NCBI GenBank assembly: GCA_963774265.1
Contig: CAVZDU010000005.1
Span: forward strand, 1-64,000
DNA: 64,000 bases
Source: an uncultured Chloroflexia bacterium
Lineage (GTDB): Bacteria; Chloroflexota; Anaerolineae; CG2-30-64-16
Reading direction: 5' to 3'
The position numbers were made by a program, and so were the translations under genes. The notes beneath the pieces were generated by a model. It was not told the DNA's origin. It was given only the letters and a program-made list of their open reading frames with translations, and did no database searches. This document shows positions 52,404 to 61,921 of the stretch, in pieces (positions within the stretch are counted from its first letter, which is position 1; every line of letters starts with the position of its first letter).

Positions 52404-53967
52404 TCATCGTATGACGGATAGGTCGTTGCGTGCAGGGCGCAGGCGCACCAGCACGCCGGTCTGTTCTTCGACGATGCCAGGCAGGGCTAATGCCAGGTCA
52501 TCGGCCCGATATACCGGTCGTTGAGCGGCCCATGCCGCTTGAAGTGATTCTTCCAGTGGCGCCTTCGATGGCAGCACACCCGGGTGCGTCTCGGCGAAGG
52601 TCGCGTCGTACCAGTCAAAGCCGTAGAGGTTCACGTTCAACACGGCCACATCATTCCGCTGGCGCAAACCATAGACGCCATACCACAGCGCAAATGTGGT
52701 CCGGTCGCCGGTTGTCAGGATGAGCGAGTCCGGCTCGGCCTCCGCCAGCGCAGCGGAGAGGAAATCACGTGCCTCACGGTCGCTTCGCAGATCATGGGCC
52801 GCCCAGTTGCGCACCAGCGACGCGGCCGGCAGTGCGGCCAGCAATACGATCACCGCAGCTGCACGCCATGCCGTCCCGCGCAGTCGTTCGATCGCCCAGT
52901 CGATGGCCAGGGCGGCCCACAATGCGACCGCGGCCCACGCCGGGATCAGATAGACGTTCGAATCGGTCGTATTATAGCCGATCCCGTAAATTGTGAAGGC
53001 CAGGAAGACGAGCAGCGTCGCGCGCCACCACGCGCGATCCCGCCACCGGAGCCGCCAGAGCCCGGCCAGCGCCAGCAGCAGTCCCCACGGTCCGCCGAAC
53101 TGCCACATGGCCTCGCTGATCCAGCCGAGTAGGCGTGCGGGTGCATCGACCAGGGGCAGCCCGAACGGCAGCCCTGCGTACAGCCGGCCTGAGACCGTCC
53201 ACAGGAAGCGCCCCGGCGTGACAGGATCGCCCCAGTTGATTGGCGGGCGACCTGCCGCGGCGAGGGGCAAGTAGCCGTACACGAACAGGCCGAGGAGGGT
53301 GCAAAGGCCCGCAACGGCCAGTATCCCGTCCGCCCCGAGGGATGCCCCGCCTATTCGCCCAAACCCAGGCCGCCAACCCGGGCAGGATCAGGGCCAGCGT
53401 CAGGTGGTTGCCCAGCCCCAGCCCAAGGACCAGGCCCGCGGCCTGCAGCGAACGGCCATCGGCGTCCTCAGCCCAGCGCCACATCAGCCATAATAGCGCC
53501 ACGGAGGCCAGCGCGTTGAGCGCATAGACCTCGGTGATGGTCGCCTGTCCCCACACGGCAGGTGCTGCAGCCCACGCGAGCGCGGCGACTGTACTGGCAA
53601 TCGCTGCCGGCCATGGGGCCTTCCCGATCTGGGTGACCTTCGAGGTCTCCGGCACCTCGATGGTGCCGGGAGCCGCGAGCATCCGCTGGGCCAGGTCAGC
53701 CAGAAGCGCGGCTGCCAACGCGGCGCAGATGGCCGAGAGCCAGGCCCCCGCGCGGGCGGGATCGCCGCCAAGGATAGCAATGGCCGCTCGGAGGGCAAGT
53801 TGATAGGTCGGATAGCCGGTGGGATGAGGTACACCGTGGGTTAGCGCTGCAGCGAGCAGATCGCCGCCGTCCGCGCCACCGTGCGCCCAGGTGAGCCCCG
53901 GCGCAAGCGTCAAGCCGTAAAGGGCGAACGCACCGAGGCCTGCAATGAGTGCGGGCCAGCGCCTCAC
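52404..53967 (-). CDS. DUF2723 / TMEM260-like GT-C membrane glycosyltransferase (putative protein O-mannosyltransferase), frameshifted
   Basis: TLAPGLTW..GGADGGDL.AA....GVPHPTGYPTY, QATITEVYAL, GNHLT, INWGDP. Confidence 0.85.
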
Positions 53968-53979
53968 GTCATCATCCCC

Positions 53980-54318
53980 TTACGGCTGGAGGCAGCCTCC
54001 TGTGGCCGGTAGCTCGACCGGTGCAGGGCCCAAGCCGCCGCGAACCACCGTCGCCACGACGATTCTCGTCACGCGGGGAACGACCGTCGGAACGGCCGTT
54101 GTCCCCGGCTGAGGCGAAACGGACGCGGCCGGGACCGGGGTGTCGGCCGGCGGGCGATCCGTCGGCTCGATCGGAGCCGGCACGGGGGTGCGAGTGGGCA
54201 CCGTTTGCGCGTGGTTGCTTTGGCCGGTCGTGGCCCAGACGCCCGGTGCGGCGATCAGCACAATCAACAGAGCAGCCCCCACCGCTCCATACACGGCAAG
54301 ATGTCCCTTTTGCTTCAT
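53980..54318 (-). CDS. Small secreted Pro/Thr-rich protein ending in LPATG (sortase substrate candidate)
   Basis: Signal peptide; C-terminus VELPATGGCLQP*; directly downstream of the sortase. Confidence 0.7.
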   Translation of the reverse strand: MKQKGHLAVYGAVGAALLIVLIAAPGVWATTGQSNHAQTVPTRTPVPAPIEPTDRPPADTPVPAASVSPQPGTTAVPTVVPRVTRIVVATVVRGGLGPAPVELPATGGCLQP

Positions 54319-54342
54319 CTCTTCATATCTCCCTGCCTACAC

Positions 54343-55272
54343 TCAATCCTTGGGTTCGGCGATGACAATCAGGCGGTGGGTATTGTTGGTCGGCGGCCAG
54401 CAGGTCACAATGGTAAGGCGCTCGTCCTCAGTAGGCAGTATGTACTTGCCGTTGGCGATGCGTTGCGCCTGCGAGACGCCAGTGTCCTTCAACCGGTAGA
54501 ACCCGGTGATGGTGTAGGAATACTGCTTCCCCTGCGCGTCGAACAGCTCGATGGTTCGCCCGTTCAGGATATCCGACTTGTCGGTGAAGTTGTCGACCTT
54601 GACGCGTGTGTCATTGTCCCACGCCAGGCTGATCGGCTTGAACACCTGGCCGTAAATGTTGTTGTGCCCCGAGATGACCAGGTTGCCGGGCTCGCCGATG
54701 CCTGCGCTGTTAATGTGGTGTCCGGCAGCAGCCTCTGGGATCATCCATTGCGTGACCGGGCCGCTCGGTGTCTGAACGACCTTCCAACCCATGGGCACAA
54801 CTGCGGCATCTATCTTCAGATCGGGAATCGTCATCCGCACCGGGTCGATCGACGAAGTGCCGGTCGGTGGAGGTGCGGCCGCTGAAGCGCCTGCGGCTGA
54901 GCTTTTCGGCGGTGCTGCCGTGGCGCTCGGCGCGAGAGTCGCCGTGGCAGGCCGGCGGGTGGCAGTGACCTGCACCGGTTTGCGCGTGGCAGTCCGCGTG
55001 GCCTCAGCGACCACCGCTGCCTGGGCTGATTTGGTTTGGGTCGCCTTGGGGGCGGCCTGAGTGGGCGCCGGCGCGGTGGATTCCGCTGCAGGATCGGCGG
55101 CGACCGCTGCCGCATGGACGGTCGCGCCGGACGCGGTTTTCCGCAGCTGCGCACGCACCTGTGCGCTCTGAATCTCGGACCAGGCAAAGTAGCCGGCCAC
55201 CACCAAAACCAGGATCAGGCCCAGGCCCAGCAGGGCGGTGCCGAAGCTGCGACGTGCGGTGTGTTGCCCCAT
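54343..55272 (-). CDS. Sortase
   Basis: N-terminal TM; IPDLKIDAAV, GNLVISGHNN (His), LTIVTCWP (Cys), HRLIV (Arg). Confidence 0.9.
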   Translation of the reverse strand: MGQHTARRSFGTALLGLGLILVLVVAGYFAWSEIQSAQVRAQLRKTASGATVHAAAVAADPAAESTAPAPTQAAPKATQTKSAQAAVVAEATRTATRKPVQVTATRRPATATLAPSATAAPPKSSAAGASAAAPPPTGTSSIDPVRMTIPDLKIDAAVVPMGWKVVQTPSGPVTQWMIPEAAAGHHINSAGIGEPGNLVISGHNNIYGQVFKPISLAWDNDTRVKVDNFTDKSDILNGRTIELFDAQGKQYSYTITGFYRLKDTGVSQAQRIANGKYILPTEDERLTIVTCWPPTNNTHRLIVIAEPKD

Positions 55273-55452
55273 TAGTGCCTCCACTTGTCATTATAGCATG
55301 AATGCCGGGGTGCGCCGCAAGCGCGACCGAGATGCTCGCGACGCCGCCTTTCAGCGTGATCGCGAATTCCTCCGGATTTGACGATATGTTATCGATAAGT
55401 TGGGTTATGTTCTATTGCGGATGCCCTCGGAACGTGGTACGATTCCTGGTTG

Positions 55453-55466
55453 AGAACAGATGTACT
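55453..55466 (+). promoter_or_regulatory. Candidate LexA (Cheo-type) box
   Basis: AGAAC-agat-GTACT, just downstream of the extended -10-like TGGTACGAT. Confidence 0.5.
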
Positions 55467-55537
55467 ATATCGCAGGATATCGCAGAGATATCGCAAGGCG
55501 AGCCAGGTGCTCGCTTTAGCCGTTTGGAGAGCTAGCG

Positions 55538-56614
55538 ATGGCCAATAAGTACGAGCTCCAGGCCGCTCGCATTGAGACGGTGCTCGGTGCGCACAAAGTT
55601 CCCGCACGAGTGTTGCAGGCGAACGTGACTCCCCGGTTCGTGCGCTTCGACATCATTACCGCGCTTGGAACGAAACTGACGAAAGTCAGCAACCTGGCCG
55701 AAGAGTTGGCCTTCTCACTGGGAGTGCGGTCCGCGCGGGTGTACCGTGAAGGTGGTGTGCTGCACGTCGAGGTGCCAAGGGAGGTCTCGCGCGCGGTGGA
55801 CCTGGCTGGGGTGTGCGGGGGACTCAACTCCGTGCCCGCGAACTGCGCGGTGCTGGGTGTGGACGAGGGGGGCGCGCCCTTGCTGCTCAGGCTGGACAGC
55901 CCCGATGTCGCCCATGTTCTTCTTGCCGGCACCACCGGCAGCGGCAAGACCGCGCTTCTGCGCACGCTGCTTGCATCACTGGCCATGCACAACCACGCCG
56001 GCATGTTGCAGATCGCCCTCATCGACCCCAAAGGCCGTGGTTTCGGTCCGCTCGGCGCGCTGCCTCACATCTGGGGCGGCCGGGGCGTGGTGCAGGAACC
56101 GGCCGCGGCAGCAAAACTGCTCGAGGCGCTGGTAATGGAGATGGAGCGTCGCGACCGGCTGAATCGAAGCCTGCCGCACATCGTGATCGCGATCGATGAG
56201 CTGGCTGACCTCCTGCAAAGCGGCGGCAAGACGGTGGGGGATGCCCTGCAGCGGCTGACGCAGCGCGGCCGGGAGGCAGGGCTGCACGTGATCGCCGCAA
56301 CCCAGCGCCCCGCCGCAACCCAGGTGGGCGGGATGGTGAAGGCGAACTTTCCGGTGCGCCTGGTGGGCAGCGTGGTCAGCGCCGAGGATGCGAAAGTGGC
56401 GTCGGGCCTCGCCGGCTCCAATGCCGAACGACTCCTGGGGCGAGGGGACTTCCTGCTGGTCGCAAAGGGCCAGGTGATCCGGTTCCAGGCCGCGTATGCG
56501 GACAACCGTGAGTTGGCGGGGCTGGTTGCGCAGGTGCGCGCCGGCGGACGCCGCAGGCGATCGTGGAGCGGACAGGGCACGCTCGCTCTGCCGGCACGCG
56601 GCGTGAGCGTTTAG
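55538..56614 (+). CDS. Stand-alone FtsK/SpoIIIE-like ATPase (alpha/beta domains, no TM or gamma domain)
   Basis: HVLLAGTTGSGKT, IDPKG, IDELADL, GREAGLHVIAATQRP, AERLLGRGDFL. Confidence 0.88.
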   Translation: MANKYELQAARIETVLGAHKVPARVLQANVTPRFVRFDIITALGTKLTKVSNLAEELAFSLGVRSARVYREGGVLHVEVPREVSRAVDLAGVCGGLNSVPANCAVLGVDEGGAPLLLRLDSPDVAHVLLAGTTGSGKTALLRTLLASLAMHNHAGMLQIALIDPKGRGFGPLGALPHIWGGRGVVQEPAAAAKLLEALVMEMERRDRLNRSLPHIVIAIDELADLLQSGGKTVGDALQRLTQRGREAGLHVIAATQRPAATQVGGMVKANFPVRLVGSVVSAEDAKVASGLAGSNAERLLGRGDFLLVAKGQVIRFQAAYADNRELAGLVAQVRAGGRRRRSWSGQGTLALPARGVSV

Positions 56615-56656
56615 TCGCGGCGCGGCGTCGACACAAATGATATCGGAGAGAACACC

Positions 56657-57058
56657 GTGAAACGTCTCATACCACTGATCTTACTTGGTTTTGGGGTGGC
56701 GCTGGCCATCGTCATCGGGCAACGGATGAGCACCGACGCCATGGCCGTCGTCATCGGCGTGGCGGTGGGTGTGGCTGCGAGTGTGCCGACCAGCCTCTTG
56801 CTGGTGGCGCTCCTGCGAAAGGAGCGGACAAGCAACGACCACCGGGTGCAGGATATGCCGCGCGAGGCAAGCTGGAATCCCTATGGCGCCTTGCCGCAGC
56901 AGCCCAATGTCATCGTGTTGGACCCCTCGCAATTCGCTATGGGGCGCAACCCCCAGTTCCAGATGCCGTTGCCTCCGGCTGAGTACGCGGCTGATGCCGG
57001 GATGCGTCGTCTGCGGGTGGTTGGCTCCGACGACGAATGGAACGGACGCGATTGGTAG
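56657..57058 (+). CDS. Hypothetical membrane protein
   Basis: GGAG RBS; two N-terminal hydrophobic segments. Confidence 0.7.
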   Translation: MKRLIPLILLGFGVALAIVIGQRMSTDAMAVVIGVAVGVAASVPTSLLLVALLRKERTSNDHRVQDMPREASWNPYGALPQQPNVIVLDPSQFAMGRNPQFQMPLPPAEYAADAGMRRLRVVGSDDEWNGRDW

Positions 57059-57122
57059 GATGGCGCTGCCCGGAATGACTGCCCGGGCGGTTGCCTCAGG
57101 CGATTTTTCGGTGGAGGATCAA

Positions 57123-57503
57123 ATGGCAGATTCGGTTGATCAGGTGCGGGTGACGCTGGCTGGGGATGGTTTCTATCCGCAGGCATTCCGCTGGGCGGGG
57201 CGAGACTTACGCGTGCTGTACGTCGAAGGGTTGCGGACACGTGGTCCCGAGCGTTGGTTCCGCGTGCGCACGGTTGAAGGAGTTTATGAGCTGGCGCAGC
57301 AGACTCGCACCGGGTTATGGCAGATGCGGCGTAGCCCATCATGGTTTGGTCGCACGATGGCGCAGATGGCGCGCAGGCCGCGCTACTCGCTCCCTGCCAC
57401 GCTCCGGCGGGCTGGATGCACCCGGACGGCGCCGGAGGAGATCAAGAAGTCGCCGTCTTCACAGGGAGGTGGACATGCAAGCAGGCTTGCTCTGGTTCGA
57501 TAG
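57123..57503 (+). CDS. Hypothetical protein, DUF6504-like
   Basis: PQAFRWAGR......WFRVRT..GVYEL.....W motif; GGAGG RBS. Confidence 0.55.
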   Translation: MADSVDQVRVTLAGDGFYPQAFRWAGRDLRVLYVEGLRTRGPERWFRVRTVEGVYELAQQTRTGLWQMRRSPSWFGRTMAQMARRPRYSLPATLRRAGCTRTAPEEIKKSPSSQGGGHASRLALVR

Positions 57504-57714
57504 CGAACCTGGCCGCTCGACGATCATCAAGGCCACGGCCGCGGCGGAGCGCTTTGAGGAGAAGTACGGCATCACGCCCGATGTCTGCTATGTCAGCGAG
57601 CGGTCATTGAAAGATGGAGAGATGAGCATACCCTTTCATGAGGGTGAGTTGCGCCTCGTGCCGGCCAGCAACATGCTGGTCAACCATTTCTGGATCGGGC
57701 GAAACGACGGTTAG
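57475..57714 (+). CDS. Conserved small hypothetical protein (GLLWFD...KYG..PD.C.V family)
   Basis: GGAGGT RBS; MQAGLLWFDSEP...NHFWIG. Confidence 0.75.
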   Translation: MQAGLLWFDSEPGRSTIIKATAAAERFEEKYGITPDVCYVSERSLKDGEMSIPFHEGELRLVPASNMLVNHFWIGRNDG

Positions 57715-58751
57715 GACGGCATAAGTTCGGCCAGCAACACGTCCATAGCTTCGCGATCGGTCATCTTGCCGGTCTTGATGGATTCATCCGCTGCCAGGAT
57801 GCGCTCCATCGCCTGCTCCAACCGGGCGAAGCTATGGCGGTTGGCCTGGTTGGCCAACCCCGTCATCTTCCACTCGAAGATCCCCAACGTGCGAGCGACC
57901 TCCGGCGCGCGCACCCCCTGGGCTTGCAGCGCCTTTAGCTGGATCAACTGCCGGTAGTGCCATGCGATCATGCCCAGCAGCCGCAAAGGCGGCTCGCCGT
58001 CGATGTCCAGCGCGTGTGTCATCAGCCGCGCCGCGACAGGCCCGTTGCCTCCTCCTAACGCGTCGACCAGTTCGAACACGCTCGCAGCGCGCGTTGCCGG
58101 CGTGAGTTTGCGCACGTCCTCGCGCGTCACCGTCCGGCCGCCCGCATAATCGCCGAGCTTGATGAGTTCCTGGTCGAGCTGGCGCAACTCATCGCCCACG
58201 AACTCGGCCAGATCCATCACCGCCCCGGCGTCCAGCTTCACCTTGCGCTGCTGTGTGCGCGCCCGAATCCAGTTCGGCAGGTCGTTGCGCTTGGGTTTTT
58301 CGCAGGTGATGACCTTCGCGCGGCCGTCACGGCTCATTTCCTGCAACTTGCGCAGCGCCTGGCCGCCGGCCGTGTCTTCTTCAATGAGCACCAGGAGGGT
58401 GGTGGAAGGTATATGATCCAGGTAAGCCAGGATCGCCCTGGCATGGCCCCTGGGCGCCTCGGCCGCAGGCCCGTCGCCAGGTTCGTCCGCAGGCGCCTCG
58501 CCGGCCCGCGCCTTCGCCTTCGAGGGAGCGGCGAGTCGCGCCAACAACCCGTCGACCACGACGAGCCGTCGCTCGGCCAGGAAAGGCAGCGTGCCGCACG
58601 CGTTCTCCAGCTCGGCTGGCGACACCGTGCGGCCGTCAAGCCGCGTCGTGTTCAGGTCGACCAGCTCCAGGTCGTCGCCACACGCGGCGGCCAGCTCGAC
58701 CAGCGCCTCTGCGCGCAACAGCTCCGCGGGGCCATGGATGAGGGTGATCAT
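57711..58751 (-). CDS. holA: DNA polymerase III delta subunit
   Basis: TLPFLAERRLVVV, L.QEL.KL..Y, SVFELVDA, ADESIKTG. Confidence 0.9.
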   Translation of the reverse strand: MITLIHGPAELLRAEALVELAAACGDDLELVDLNTTRLDGRTVSPAELENACGTLPFLAERRLVVVDGLLARLAAPSKAKARAGEAPADEPGDGPAAEAPRGHARAILAYLDHIPSTTLLVLIEEDTAGGQALRKLQEMSRDGRAKVITCEKPKRNDLPNWIRARTQQRKVKLDAGAVMDLAEFVGDELRQLDQELIKLGDYAGGRTVTREDVRKLTPATRAASVFELVDALGGGNGPVAARLMTHALDIDGEPPLRLLGMIAWHYRQLIQLKALQAQGVRAPEVARTLGIFEWKMTGLANQANRHSFARLEQAMERILAADESIKTGKMTDREAMDVLLAELMPS

Positions 58752-58761
58752 GGCCGCACCC

Positions 58762-59250
58762 TCATCCGATTGCGACCCGGTGCCGAGCGACCCGGTCGCC
58801 TTTGAGCTGGGTGACACCCTTGATGTGCAGCCCATGGACATGGGGACTGGTCGTGACGTTTTGCTGCATCCATCGCCCCGCGGGTACGGCGAAGATCAGC
58901 GCAAGCGTGGCGGCTAAAAGTGACGAAGGGATGCGATCCGCCCAGGAGCGTTTGCGGTCGTTGGCTACCAGCAGGACGGCCATGCCCGACAACATGCCCG
59001 AAGTGACAAGATTGGTGCCGCAGTTCGGGTGCACGGCCAGCCCGGCCTCGCCCGCCTGAAGCCGGCTGAGTGCCTCCAGGGCAACCTCCGCGACGAGATG
59101 GGTGTCCGCGTCGCCGAACAGGATGAACCCCTGCAGATCGCTGCGAGCCATGAGGGGCACGCCGGGCAGCCGCTGGCTCAAGAGCGTGACGGTCGCATGC
59201 TCGATCGCGTGGTGTTGGCGCAGCATCTGCGCAAAAGAACGCTTTGCCAT
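58762..59250 (-). CDS. DUF6391-like conserved protein
   Basis: RQHHAIEHAT, LAVHPNCGTN. Confidence 0.7.
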   Translation of the reverse strand: MAKRSFAQMLRQHHAIEHATVTLLSQRLPGVPLMARSDLQGFILFGDADTHLVAEVALEALSRLQAGEAGLAVHPNCGTNLVTSGMLSGMAVLLVANDRKRSWADRIPSSLLAATLALIFAVPAGRWMQQNVTTSPHVHGLHIKGVTQLKGDRVARHRVAIG

Positions 59251-59325
59251 TTCACTTTCCTTCCACTACCAGGTCACGAGGACACAAAGGCTCATCGGGT
59301 TGAGGGAGTCCCGGAGCCTTTGTGG

Positions 59326-61806
59326 TTAGCGCTGCACTAACTTCGCGACGGTGACGCCTTCGCCGCCTTCGTTGTTTTCGCCTGCGCGGAACTCGCCGAC
59401 CAGGGGATGCCCCCGAAGTTCCTCGCGCACGGCCTGTCGCAGCGCCCCGGTGCCCTTGCCGTGGATGATCCGCACGAAGGGCAGGCCGGCCAGGTACGCC
59501 TGATCCAGGTAATGATCCAACTCGATGAGCATGTCGTCGACCGTCAGGCCTCGCAGATCCAACTCCATGCCCGGACTGGGCGGTCGGGGGGTCTTGCCGC
59601 TCGATTGGATCTGTACGGCCAGTTGCTCGCCGCGCTGCTGGAGCTCCACGCGGCTTTGGCCGAGCTTCATACGGAACCCCCCGACTCTCACCTCGACGTC
59701 ATGCGGCCCGACCGCGACCACCTCGCCGCTGGCCTGGAGCGAAGGCACCCATACCTTGTCGCCGGGTTGCAGTGGACCGTCTATCACGACGGGTTGGGGC
59801 GTCTCCATGCGAGGTGGCGCCTGGAACTGGGCGCTGCGCTGAGCCAATACGTCTTGGGCTTCCGCCATCCATTGTTCGTGCAGGCTCCTGGCCGCCTGGC
59901 CGCGTTCACGCGGCGCCAGCGCCAGTTGTCCCCGCACCCCCTCAATCTCCTCGCGGATGGCCGTCAATTCCGCTTCAGCAGCCTGGCGCGTTTCGGCGAG
60001 CACCTCGCGGCGTGCTTCTTCGACCTTCGACAGCCGGTAATTGAGGTCAGCCCTGAGCGCCTCGATTCGGCGCAGTGCGGTCTTCGCCTCCTGTTCGGCT
60101 GTCAGTGCGGCCTCGCGCGCCCGTTTGATCTCGGCCAACATCGCCTCGGCCTCCGCGGACTGGGGCGACACGAGCGCCTCAGCCTGGCCGACGATCTCCT
60201 GGGCAAGGCCGAGCCGGCGCGCGATCGCGAAGGCGTTCGAGCGGCCCGGCAGCCCGATGCTGAGATGATAGGTGGGACTGAGCGTTTCAATGTCGAACTC
60301 GACCGATGCGTTGGCGACGTAGGCCGTCGTGTGTGCGAACACCTTCAGCTCAGAGTAATGGGTCGTGGCCAGGGTTGTGATGCCGGCCTGCAACAGGGTC
60401 TTGAGGATGGCCTGTGCCAGCGCGGCGCCTTCCTCGGGATCCGTGCCCGCGCCGAGTTCATCCAGCAGCACCAGCGAGCGATTGTCTGCGCGTGCCAGGA
60501 TGTCGACGATGTGCGTCATGTGCGAAGAGAACGTCGACAGGCTCTGTTCGATGCTCTGCTCGTCACCGATGTCGGCGAACACCTGCTCGAAAACCGATGT
60601 CTTGGACCCCTCATCGGCCGGAATCGCCAGGCCGGCCTGTGCCATGAGGATCAGCAGGCCGGTTGTCTTAAGCGACACCGTCTTGCCCCCGGTGTTTGGG
60701 CCGGTGATCAGGATGATGAAGTAGTCGTCCTCAATATAGATGTCGACCGGGACTACGGTGAGCGGGTCGAGAAGCGGGTGACGCGCCTTGATGAAGGCGA
60801 GTGTCGAGCCGGGATGGGTGACGGTCGGCTCGGAACCCGCCGAGGTCACCGCCAGGTCCGCGCCTTCGACGGCGGCTTTGTGACGCGAAGCACGCCCGGA
60901 TGGTTTGGCCCCCGTCTTGAACGGGATCAGCTCCGGCTCGACCCCATTCAGTGCGTACGCATAGCGTGCTCTCGCAAAGATCAGGTCCAGGTCGCCCAGG
61001 GCATCCACAGTGCGGACGATGATGCCGCCCGCCGCGGCGATCAGCCCGGTGAGTGCAGCCAGGATGCGCTGGATCTCTTCCTGTTCCGCGAGTTGCGCCT
61101 GGCGCCAGCGGTTGTTCAGGTCTACGATGGCCAGGGGCTCGATGAATAAGGTGGCGCCCGAACCCGACTGGTCGTGGATAAGCCCGGGGATGCGCCCTTT
61201 GAACTCGGCGCGCAGCGGGATGACATAACGCCCCTGGCGCTGCGTGATGATGGCTTCCTGCAAGAATTGCGCATTGGTGGAGGTCCCGATGATCCGCTGA
61301 AGGCGCTCCATCAGGTGGGCGTGCGCCTCCCGCAACTCCCGGCGGATGCGCAGCAACGCGTCGCTGGCCGAGTCCAGCACCTCCCCGCGTTCGTCGATGC
61401 AGCGGCCGATCTCGTCCACCACGTCATTGGGGACGGCGATGCGCTGCGCCACGTCGGCGATGTTCGGGAACCCTTCGGACAGCCGGCCAAGCGTCCGGCT
61501 CAGCGTGCGCGCGCGGACCAGGGTCGAGCGGATTGTGAGCAGGTCCATGGGAGTGAGGGTGCTCCCGATGGTCGCCTGCTCCACGAACGGGCGCAGGTCG
61601 TGAACGCCGTCCAGGTGCACGTCGCTCTTCTCGTCGAGCAGCCGTCGGGCCTCGCGTGTTTCGGCCTGCCAGACGACGGCCTGGCGAATGTCGTCCGTGG
61701 GCGCCAGCGCGCGCGCGCGCTCCCGCCCGAGTGAAAAGGAGGTGTGCCCTGCGAGCCGGTCCCGGATCTTGTCGAACTCCAGCACGCGCAAAGTTCTTGC
61801 GTCCAT
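59326..61806 (-). CDS. mutS2: Endonuclease MutS2
   Basis: LEFDKI, HDQSGSGATLFIEP, ITGPNTGGKT, DIGDEQSIEQSLSTFS, Smr domain IIHGKGTG. Confidence 0.95.
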   Translation of the reverse strand: MDARTLRVLEFDKIRDRLAGHTSFSLGRERARALAPTDDIRQAVVWQAETREARRLLDEKSDVHLDGVHDLRPFVEQATIGSTLTPMDLLTIRSTLVRARTLSRTLGRLSEGFPNIADVAQRIAVPNDVVDEIGRCIDERGEVLDSASDALLRIRRELREAHAHLMERLQRIIGTSTNAQFLQEAIITQRQGRYVIPLRAEFKGRIPGLIHDQSGSGATLFIEPLAIVDLNNRWRQAQLAEQEEIQRILAALTGLIAAAGGIIVRTVDALGDLDLIFARARYAYALNGVEPELIPFKTGAKPSGRASRHKAAVEGADLAVTSAGSEPTVTHPGSTLAFIKARHPLLDPLTVVPVDIYIEDDYFIILITGPNTGGKTVSLKTTGLLILMAQAGLAIPADEGSKTSVFEQVFADIGDEQSIEQSLSTFSSHMTHIVDILARADNRSLVLLDELGAGTDPEEGAALAQAILKTLLQAGITTLATTHYSELKVFAHTTAYVANASVEFDIETLSPTYHLSIGLPGRSNAFAIARRLGLAQEIVGQAEALVSPQSAEAEAMLAEIKRAREAALTAEQEAKTALRRIEALRADLNYRLSKVEEARREVLAETRQAAEAELTAIREEIEGVRGQLALAPRERGQAARSLHEQWMAEAQDVLAQRSAQFQAPPRMETPQPVVIDGPLQPGDKVWVPSLQASGEVVAVGPHDVEVRVGGFRMKLGQSRVELQQRGEQLAVQIQSSGKTPRPPSPGMELDLRGLTVDDMLIELDHYLDQAYLAGLPFVRIIHGKGTGALRQAVREELRGHPLVGEFRAGENNEGGEGVTVAKLVQR

Positions 61807-61921
61807 GCGGCCGAGTATAGCACAGCCGCGCGATCCGGCCAATGTTTTCGCCCTTTGGGGTCCTGTGATATCATGTCTAAAAGGCTCCATTTTCGCAGAC
61901 GTTAAATGTTGAGGTAGGCGG

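Noticed and set aside
59407-61149. Long antisense ORFs (here and across the high-GC segment)
   Set aside because: Shadow frames of real genes caused by stop-codon scarcity at high GC
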